64,000 nt of DNA from an uncultured bacterium (GTDB lineage Bacteria; Patescibacteriota; JABMPQ01; CAVVCK01). A program made the translations under genes and the position numbers. The notes under the pieces are model-generated. The model was not told the origin of the DNA. It did no database searches and saw nothing but the letters and a program-made list of their open reading frames with translations. This document shows, piece by piece, positions 53,888-60,941 of this stretch; positions within the stretch are counted from its first letter, which is position 1; every line of letters starts with the position of its first letter. The stretch is from assembly GCA_963746775.1 (NCBI GenBank), contig CAVVCK010000001.1, positions 211,050-275,049 on the forward strand, given 5' to 3'.

Positions 53888-54511
53888 TTAATTCTTAATT
53901 TCCACTCTGGGCAAACTAGTCTTGGATTGGTTAGATTCTAAATTCTTCCCCGGTTGATTCATTATGATAACTGAGATTATATGAATTATCAACACTAAAC
54001 TATCTAATACTATTTCTACTTTAAAAAATAATTCGAGTTGATTTAGTAATGCTCCATAAGGCAGAAGATAAACAACATTTGGCAACCATTTTATATGTTT
54101 AAAATTTTTAAACTCAATAAAATAAGTGTGTATATATGAAAGCGCTTCAATAAATAAAACCAAAAAGGCAAGTTCAAAACTAATGACTCCCCCGTAAGCG
54201 AGCGCAATCAACCAGGGGAGACGCACTCCCCTATCTGTTATCAAATCGTAAAAAGCACCTATTTTTGTCTCTTTACCTAAGTAGCGTGCTAACCTACCAT
54301 CTAGCCCATCAAATAAAAAATCCAAAGCAACAAATATTCCACCAATCACTACCTCCCCTTTTATAAAGTAATAAAATGCTATAACAGCGGATATAATAGA
54401 TAATATGGTTAAGCGGTTAGGAGTTAATTTTAATTTGACAAGCACAACAAAAAAATTTAAAGGAACAATCTTGTCCGTAAATTTTTTGAATTGATTAACT
54501 AGCATAATCAT
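53888..54511 (-). CDS. CDP-alcohol phosphatidyltransferase family protein
   Basis: TPNRLT and DGLDGRLAR..ETKIGAFYDLITDR signature; multi-TM. Confidence 0.9.
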   Translation of the reverse strand: MIMLVNQFKKFTDKIVPLNFFVVLVKLKLTPNRLTILSIISAVIAFYYFIKGEVVIGGIFVALDFLFDGLDGRLARYLGKETKIGAFYDLITDRGVRLPWLIALAYGGVISFELAFLVLFIEALSYIHTYFIEFKNFKHIKWLPNVVYLLPYGALLNQLELFFKVEIVLDSLVLIIHIISVIIMNQPGKNLESNQSKTSLPRVEIKN

Positions 54512-54530
54512 TAAAACACTAGAACGTTAA

Positions 54531-54604
54531 AATCTGCCTCTCCGCCTCCAATGGCAGATGCGCTATTAAAGGCGCATATTGGCAGATTCGCCGTCAGAGG
54601 TGGA
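54531..54604. repeat. GC-rich hairpin after rplK containing two TCCGCC..GGCGGA-type mini-palindromes
   Basis: Outer AATCTGCC/GGCAGATT, inner TGCGC/GCGCA; TCCGCCTCCAATGGCAGA (54541) and TTCGCCGTCAGAGGTGGA (54587). Confidence 0.65.
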
Positions 54605-54627
54605 CAAAAAAATAAATTTTCAATTCA

Positions 54628-55050
54628 TTAACCCTCAACTGTTACTCCCATACTCTTAGCTGTACCAGCAACTATATTAATAGCAGCCTCAATATCTTTA
54701 GCATTCAAATCTTCCATTTTTTTCTCAGCAATTTCTTTTAATTGAGCGTGTGTTATTTTACCAACCTTATTCTTTTGTGGCTCTCCTGACCCTTTTTGTA
54801 AATTAATAGCTTTTTTAATTAGCTCAGCTGCCGGAGGAGTTTTTAAAACAAAATCAAAGCTTCTATCCTCGTAAATATTTATAATTACTGGAATTATATC
54901 TCCCATTTTATCCTTTGTTTTATCATTAAAGGCAGTACAAAATTCCTGGATATTCAACCCATGCTGTCCTAGAGCTGGTCCAACTGGAGGCGCAGGATTA
55001 GCTTTTCCTGCCTGAATTTGTAACTTTACTTGCGTTTTAAGTTTTTTCAT
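54628..55050 (-). CDS. rplK: 50S ribosomal protein L11
   Basis: [29 protein letters not shown]. Confidence 0.99.
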   Translation of the reverse strand: MKKLKTQVKLQIQAGKANPAPPVGPALGQHGLNIQEFCTAFNDKTKDKMGDIIPVIINIYEDRSFDFVLKTPPAAELIKKAINLQKGSGEPQKNKVGKITHAQLKEIAEKKMEDLNAKDIEAAINIVAGTAKSMGVTVEG

Positions 55051-55107
55051 TTTGTTACTTTATTATAAGATTACTTTAATTTATATATCCACATATTAAT
55101 TATGACT

Positions 55108-55191
55108 GAAATTGGTTATATGGAAATTTGAAAATGGTAATAGAAAATAGAAATTAGAAATTTGTTAACTATTTTCTAAACAGTTAATTTC
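55108..55191. repeat. Heptamer hairpin element, copy A (internally deleted), rplK-side flank of the carS-idsA cassette
   Basis: 55108-55178 matches 56859-56929 at 67/71 nt, then AACAGTTAATTTC. Confidence 0.9.
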
Positions 55192-55196
55192 TTAAT

Positions 55197-56243
55197 TTAC
55201 TTACTTCTCTCAACTACGTAATCCAAAACTTCCATAAATATCCCCTTATAATCTGAATCTTCCAGTACATCATCTATATCATCTTTGGCTGATAAAATCA
55301 AATTTTTGGCATAATTTGAAGCTTTTTCAAAAGATTTATATTTTCTCAGAATTTTTATAACTTTTTTAATCTCTAACTCATTTTTAGTACCAGAAGATAA
55401 AATATTTCCCAATATTTCCTTATCAATATCTTTGGCTCTTGAAAAGAAATCGCAAACCAGATAAGTTATTTTTCCTTCAGTAATATCCTCACCTGTTTCT
55501 TTTCCCCACTTGGTACCTGGCTTTAAATTTAAAATATCATCTTGAATCTGAAATGCTATACCCATCTTTTCTGAAATACTTTCAATTTTTTCCAATATTT
55601 TCTTATCAGCTCCAGCTAAAATTGCACCAATTTTCAAGGCTACATTTAGTAAAGCGCTTGTCTTGTAAGCTGCCATTTGCAAATACTCATCATAAGATAT
55701 ATTAAACCTCTTTTCCTTACTCCATAGAATATCCATCCCTTGCCCCAAATGAACTTTAGTCAATTCATTTACTATGACATTATACAAAACTGATTTTTGA
55801 AAATGTGGTAAATTGCTATTTTTAATAATCAGCTGTGGAAAAAAATGAATAAATACTCCGGCATTAATAGCAATTTCTTGGCCATAAATTTTATGCACTG
55901 CTTTGTCTCCCCTTCTCATATCCGAATTATCTTCTATGTCATCAATTATTAATGTGCCTGTATGAATTATTTCTGAAATTACAGAAAATTTATAAATATC
56001 TTTAAAGCTACCACCTAAGGCATCATGTATTAGACAACATAAGACTGGTCTCATTCTTTTGCCGCCTCTATTAAATAATGTATAGAAAGGTCCGCTAAAA
56101 GCTTTTTGCCAAACATTATAATCAAACTTATATTTAAAATTTCCTATATTTTCCTTAACCCATTTGTTATCTATACTTTCTGGAAAAAATTCTTTGATTT
56201 CTTTTTCAATTTCTAGAATTGTTTTTTTAAAATAATCTTTCAT
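55197..56243 (-). CDS. Trans-polyprenyl diphosphate synthase, type III GGPP-synthase-like
   Basis: GGKRMRP, HTGTLIIDDIEDNSDMRRG (FARM), VHLGQGMDILW, YKTS, FQIQDDILN (SARM), DITEGK. Confidence 0.9.
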   Translation of the reverse strand: MKDYFKKTILEIEKEIKEFFPESIDNKWVKENIGNFKYKFDYNVWQKAFSGPFYTLFNRGGKRMRPVLCCLIHDALGGSFKDIYKFSVISEIIHTGTLIIDDIEDNSDMRRGDKAVHKIYGQEIAINAGVFIHFFPQLIIKNSNLPHFQKSVLYNVIVNELTKVHLGQGMDILWSKEKRFNISYDEYLQMAAYKTSALLNVALKIGAILAGADKKILEKIESISEKMGIAFQIQDDILNLKPGTKWGKETGEDITEGKITYLVCDFFSRAKDIDKEILGNILSSGTKNELEIKKVIKILRKYKSFEKASNYAKNLILSAKDDIDDVLEDSDYKGIFMEVLDYVVERSK

Positions 56244-56284
56244 TATTTTACTACTAACTACTCACTAAACCCTATTTTCTAAAC

Positions 56285-56827
56285 TCACCACTTCGTCTTC
56301 TGAATCCCCAAATAATACCCGATATGATTAGTCAAAACATGTAAAGCAGGAACAAATAATATTAAAAATATATAAACTTGCCAAGATGGCCTAAAAACAA
56401 TTGAGGTCAGAACTAGAAAACCCAGAACAAAATCTACTTGATCAAAAGGGAAAAATCTTTTACCCGGCACAACATTTACTCGCCTTTTAAAGAAACTTTT
56501 AATCAAATCCCCTGACAACGCTCCAAAACCCATTAAAAATCCCAGCAAAAAAAAGTTATGTCCACTATAGGGCACTATTGATATCTTTCTAAAATTTTCA
56601 AAATTATTATAAAGAACAGTTTGAATCAGAACTATTAAAATACTTGTCAATGTTCCAAAAATAATTCCTCGCCAAGTTTTGTTTCTTCCTAATAAAGGCT
56701 TACCTCTAAAGATCATCCCACCATCAACCGGAATATCTAAAAATTTAAAATATTGCCTCATAAAAACAGGCATCATATTAGCAATGCCAGCCGGAAGAAA
56801 AAACCATAAATACTCTAATATAAACAT
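56285..56827 (-). CDS. carS: CDP-archaeol synthase (CarS/DUF46) family protein
   Basis: LPAGIANMMPV, PVDGG..FRGKPLLGRNKTWRG, GDLIKSFFKRR..PG..PFDQVDF, LHVLTN.IGY.LG. Confidence 0.88.
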   Translation of the reverse strand: MFILEYLWFFLPAGIANMMPVFMRQYFKFLDIPVDGGMIFRGKPLLGRNKTWRGIIFGTLTSILIVLIQTVLYNNFENFRKISIVPYSGHNFFLLGFLMGFGALSGDLIKSFFKRRVNVVPGKRFFPFDQVDFVLGFLVLTSIVFRPSWQVYIFLILFVPALHVLTNHIGYYLGIQKTKW

Positions 56828-56858
56828 ATTTGATAATAATAATTCTTAAACCAAAATC

Positions 56859-56996
56859 GAAATTGGTTATATAGAAATTCGAAGATGGTAATAGAAAATA
56901 GAAATTAGAAATTGGTTAACTATTTTCTAGTTTCCAATTTCCATTACTTCTACGAAGCTCGTAGGGCTAATATCTATTTTCTAAACAGCCAATTTC
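56859..56996. repeat. Heptamer hairpin element, copy B (full length), nusG-side flank of the carS-idsA cassette
   Basis: 138-bp imperfect palindrome GAAATTGGTT...GTTAAC...AGCCAATTTC made of TAGAAAT/ATTTCYA units, with nested CTACGAAGCTCGTAG. Confidence 0.85.
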
Positions 56997-57009
56997 TTTA
57001 TCAATATAT

Positions 57010-57555
57010 TTATATCTTTTTTATCTGTAAGAAATCTAATTCTACCGGAGTCTCTCTGCCAAACATAGAAACTAATACCTTTATTTTTCCTTTTTCCTCA
57101 TCAATAGCACTAATTTTACCATCAAAATCTTTAAACGGCCCATCAATAATTCTAACAGATTCTCCCGGTGTAACATCAATTTTATATTTAGGTTCTTCTT
57201 CACCAGTTTTCTTTTGTAATGATTTAAATTCATCAGCCGATACCGGAGATGGAATTGTACCCGAACCAATAAAACCAGTTACATTGGGTGTATTGCGAAC
57301 AACATACCAAGATTCATCAGTTACAATCATTTCCACTAAAACATACCCGGGATAAATTTTTTCCTCGACTGTTTTTCTTTTACCGTTTTTAATTTTAATT
57401 TTCTTCTCTTTAGGAACTAAAACATTAAAAATTTTATCTTCCATTCCAAGTGTTTCAATACGCTGTTTTAAATTTTTACATACATTCTCTTCGTAACCAG
57501 AATAAGTATGTAGCACATACCAGTTACGTTCTTTTTCTCCAATTTGTTTAGGCAT
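57010..57555 (-). CDS. nusG: Transcription factor NusG
   Basis: WYVLHTYSGYE, IYPGYVLVEM, VRNTPNVTGF, KOW GPF..F.G, MFGRETPVEL. Confidence 0.99.
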   Translation of the reverse strand: MPKQIGEKERNWYVLHTYSGYEENVCKNLKQRIETLGMEDKIFNVLVPKEKKIKIKNGKRKTVEEKIYPGYVLVEMIVTDESWYVVRNTPNVTGFIGSGTIPSPVSADEFKSLQKKTGEEEPKYKIDVTPGESVRIIDGPFKDFDGKISAIDEEKGKIKVLVSMFGRETPVELDFLQIKKI

Positions 57556-57634
57556 AATATGTTTAATTTAAATGAGTTTTTTTAAATTATAAACTTTATT
57601 ATTAATTAATTTACTCATACTTTAAATTTTATCA

Positions 57635-57747
57635 AAATTACCAATTTCCAAAATACAATTTCCAAACAAAATCTAAATTATAAATACCAAATTCCAAAAA
57701 ATATTAAAACCATAACTCTTAATTCATGATTCATAATTCTAGATTCT
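57635..57747. repeat. Degenerate heptamer tracts between secE and nusG
   Basis: ATTACCA-ATTTCCA-AAATACA-ATTTCCA... and ATTCATG-ATTCATA-ATTCTAG-ATTCTC. Confidence 0.6.
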
Positions 57748-57936
57748 CTAAATAACTTTTTCCAACACTGTTAAAAAAGCAAAATCAAATATTCCTAAAA
57801 ATAAAGCTACTCCTAAACTTACACCAATTACAATTAAAGTATGTTTATATACTTCATCCTTTGATGGCCAAATAACTTTTTTTAATTCTACTTTTGATTC
57901 TTTGAAATAAGCAATAATTTTATTTATCCATTTCAT
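57748..57936 (-). CDS. secE: Preprotein translocase SecE
   Basis: ELKKVIWPS, single TM, FD; upstream of nusG. Confidence 0.95.
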   Translation of the reverse strand: MKWINKIIAYFKESKVELKKVIWPSKDEVYKHTLIVIGVSLGVALFLGIFDFAFLTVLEKVI

Positions 57937-57949
57937 TTTTTTCTATTTT

Positions 57950-58013
57950 AAAAAGACCTTTTGGGGGTCTTTTTTTATTATTAATAGCTTATCACTATCC
58001 CCCAAAATGTCAA
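57950..58013 (-). promoter_or_regulatory. secE promoter with a terminator-like hairpin in the leader
   Basis: TTGACA (58013-58008), 16 nt, TAAGCT; downstream AAAAAGACC-CCCAAAA-GGTCTTTTT. Confidence 0.55.
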
Positions 58014-58050
58014 ATAATTTTAATTTAATTTTTAAATAACATTTAATATT

Positions 58051-58235
58051 TAATCACCAATAATCAATTTTCAATCATCAAATAAATTTGAATAACCAAT
58101 TATTTAATAACCAAATTTTTTACAGTTTTGTTTGATGTCTATTTTATTCTTTTATTTGATTATTATTTGGAAATTGTTCTCCTCTTTCGACGAATCCGCC
58201 GTTGGAGGTGGATAATTTGGTTATTGATTATTATT
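58051..58235. repeat. Heptamer-arm hairpin element after gyrB with a nested GC mini-palindrome
   Basis: (ATAATCA/ATAACCA)n left arm pairs with TTTATTTGATTATT..TTGGTTATTGATTATT; nested ATCCGCCGTTGGAGGTGGAT at 58194-58213. Confidence 0.65.
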
Positions 58236-58266
58236 TGTATCTTTAACTATTCTATATAAAACTTAA

Positions 58267-60213
58267 TTAAATATCCAAATTCTTCACTAGCTTGGCATTC
58301 GTTTGAATAAACCTTCTCCTGGGCTCTACCTCATTACCCATTAAAATATCAAATATTTCATCAGCTTTAGCCGCATCTTCAACATTTACTTTATACATCA
58401 TTCTGTTTGCAGGATCCATAGTGGTATCCCAAAGCTGCCTAGGATTCATTTCACCAAGACCCTTGTATCTTTGAATAACTACATTTTTACCTTTCATATT
58501 ACTTATTATTTCATTTTTATCTTCTTCCGTATAAGCATATTCTGATTCTTTGCCGGCTGAAATTTTATATAAAGGTGGCTGTGCAATATATAAATATCCT
58601 CCTGCTATTACTTCCGGGAAATATCGATAGAAAAATGTTAAAAGCAATGTCCTAATATGAGCTCCATCAACATCAGCATCAGTCATAATAATAATTCGGT
58701 GATAACGCAGTTTGCTTATATCTTTTCCTTCACCTACTCCAATACCCAAAGCAATTATTAAGGCTTTAATTTCTTTTGAGGTTAAAATTTTATCTAAACG
58801 CGCTCTTTCTACATTTAATATTTTACCACGCAAAGGCAGTATCGCTTGAAAACCTCTATCTCTTCCTTGTTTAGCAGAACCACCAGCCGAATCTCCCTCT
58901 ACTATATATAGCTCACAATCCTCAGCCTTGCGAGACGAACAATCAGCTAATTTTCCAGGAAGAGTTAAACCTTCCATCGCCCCTTTTCTAATTACGGTGT
59001 CTTTAGCAGCCTTAGCTGCTTTACGAGCCTTACAGGCTAATAGGCATTTACCAATAATTTGTTTAGCATCTTGAGGATGCTCTTCTAAAAAATTAGACAC
59101 GGCACCAGCTACTACCGAGCTTACTACTCCTCTTACCTCAGCATTGCCAAGCTTAGCTTTAGTCTGTCCTTCGAATTGCGGCTCTCTTAATTTTATAGAA
59201 ATAATAGATTGCAATCCTTCTCTAATATCTTCGCCTGTTAGATTCTCTTCTTTTTCTTTTATATAATTATTTTTTCTGGCATAATCATTTATCACCCTAG
59301 TCAAAGCTGTTCTAAAACCCATCAAATGCGTTCCGCCTTCTATCGTATGGATATTATTAGCAAAACTCATTTCAATTCCTTTAATTTCATCAGTATATTG
59401 AAAAGCCGCTTCTACAAAAATACCATCTTCTTCTTTTTCTACATAAAATGGCACCTCGTGAATTAACTTTTCACCGCGATTTAAATAATTTAAATAAGAT
59501 ACTATTCCACCTTCAAAATAAAAACTATATTTAGGAGCTAACTCCCTAGGTAATTCACGCTCATCTGTAATGGTAATTTTAACTCCTCGAGTAAGATAGG
59601 CTTGCTGACGTAAGTGCGTTAAAATCTTATCCCAGCTAAATTCAATTTCTTTAAATATTTCCGAGTCAGGTTTAAATATTATAGTCGTACCTGTCCCACT
59701 AGCTTTACCATTCTTTCCTAATTTACAAGTAGGCTTGCCTCTTTTATATTCTTGAAAATAAATATTTCCATCACGTATTACTTCCGCTCTGGCATAAACT
59801 GATAAAGCATTAACCACACTGACACCAACACCATGCAAACCACCAGAAACTTTATATCCAGATGATCCAAATTTACCACCAGCATGCAAAGTAGTTAGCA
59901 CAGTCTCTAGGGCTGATTTTCCTGTATCTTTATGTTTTTCTATTGGAATACCACGACCATTATCATCAACTCTCACCGTATTATCTTTCATTAAAAAAAC
60001 TTTGATTTCATTACAAAAACCAGCCATAGCTTCATCAATTGAATTATCAACTACTTCCCAAATCAAATGATGAAGACCCTCAAGGCTAGTTCCACCAATA
60101 TACATACCGGGACGTATGCGAACTGGATCTAACCCTTTTAAAACAGTTATATCTTTAGCACCATAATCATTAGTTTTTTTAGAAGTCTCTAATTTATTTT
60201 TAGCTTTAGTCAT
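58267..60213 (-). CDS. gyrB: DNA gyrase subunit B (short, Gram-positive-type)
   Basis: RPGMYIG, EVVDNSIDE, LHAGGKF, GGLHGVG, EGDSAGG, PLRGKILN, DADVDG, YKGLGEM. Confidence 0.97.
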   Translation of the reverse strand: MTKAKNKLETSKKTNDYGAKDITVLKGLDPVRIRPGMYIGGTSLEGLHHLIWEVVDNSIDEAMAGFCNEIKVFLMKDNTVRVDDNGRGIPIEKHKDTGKSALETVLTTLHAGGKFGSSGYKVSGGLHGVGVSVVNALSVYARAEVIRDGNIYFQEYKRGKPTCKLGKNGKASGTGTTIIFKPDSEIFKEIEFSWDKILTHLRQQAYLTRGVKITITDERELPRELAPKYSFYFEGGIVSYLNYLNRGEKLIHEVPFYVEKEEDGIFVEAAFQYTDEIKGIEMSFANNIHTIEGGTHLMGFRTALTRVINDYARKNNYIKEKEENLTGEDIREGLQSIISIKLREPQFEGQTKAKLGNAEVRGVVSSVVAGAVSNFLEEHPQDAKQIIGKCLLACKARKAAKAAKDTVIRKGAMEGLTLPGKLADCSSRKAEDCELYIVEGDSAGGSAKQGRDRGFQAILPLRGKILNVERARLDKILTSKEIKALIIALGIGVGEGKDISKLRYHRIIIMTDADVDGAHIRTLLLTFFYRYFPEVIAGGYLYIAQPPLYKISAGKESEYAYTEEDKNEIISNMKGKNVVIQRYKGLGEMNPRQLWDTTMDPANRMMYKVNVEDAAKADEIFDILMGNEVEPRRRFIQTNAKLVKNLDI

Positions 60214-60361
60214 ATAGACTTAATTTTTAATATAAAATCAATAAATATTTAAAACAACCCCGTTAAGGATCTTATTACTAGATTATCATTTTTTTATTTT
60301 AAAAACAAGTAGAAAATATCTAAAAGAGTATTCATTTGCCTAAATTTAGCCAAATATGAAC

Positions 60362-60856
60362 TTAGAGAATTATGGCTATTATAAAAATAATAATCATTAA
60401 TAAAATAATAACTAATTTTACAATATTACCGCTTAAAAACCCCATTAAAGCCCCACTACCAGATTTTAATGATTCTTTAATATCTTTTCCCTGTATTAAT
60501 TCACCAAAAACAATTCCTAAGAAAAAACCGATTATAAATCCTAAAATAGAAGATATGAAAATACCAATTATTCCGCCAACCATTCCATATATAAGCCCCC
60601 AATAAGAGACACCAAATTTACGAGCCCCAATTATAGTGGCTAGATAATCGATAATCACTACCACTAAAGCTAATCCAACTAATAAAAAATAAGTCCAAAA
60701 GCCAACCTTTTCAAACCCATCATAAATTCCATAAACAAAAAAAGCTAAAATTATAAAAAAGACATCAGGAATAAAGGGTATAAAAATTCCAACAATACCT
60801 GTGATTACTAAAGCTATAACAATAATAAAAACTAAAATTGTAAGTACTAATTCCAT
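60362..60856 (-). CDS. DUF456-family membrane protein
   Basis: GIFIPFIP, DYLA..GARKFG, Gly-rich TMs. Confidence 0.8.
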   Translation of the reverse strand: MELVLTILVFIIVIALVITGIVGIFIPFIPDVFFIILAFFVYGIYDGFEKVGFWTYFLLVGLALVVVIIDYLATIIGARKFGVSYWGLIYGMVGGIIGIFISSILGFIIGFFLGIVFGELIQGKDIKESLKSGSGALMGFLSGNIVKLVIILLMIIIFIIAIIL

Positions 60857-60867
60857 GATCTAAACTT

Positions 60868-60892
60868 AAAGCAGGACTAAAATCCTGCTTTT
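60868..60892 (-). terminator. Hairpin, probable terminator after pheT
   Basis: AAAGCAGGA-CTAAAA-TCCTGCTTT. Confidence 0.65.
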
Positions 60893-60941
60893 GTATTTTA
60901 TAATCTGTTATTTTGTTCTTGTGTTATATTGTTATTTTGAC

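Noticed and set aside
55108-56929. The 71-bp repeat pair as a DGR TR/VR
   Set aside because: Both copies are non-coding and the four mismatches are not adenine-specific in one direction.
57937-58266. tRNA-Trp or rpmG, often found upstream of secE
   Set aside because: No cloverleaf, T-loop motif or L33-like ORF is visible; I found no tRNA or rRNA genes in the window.
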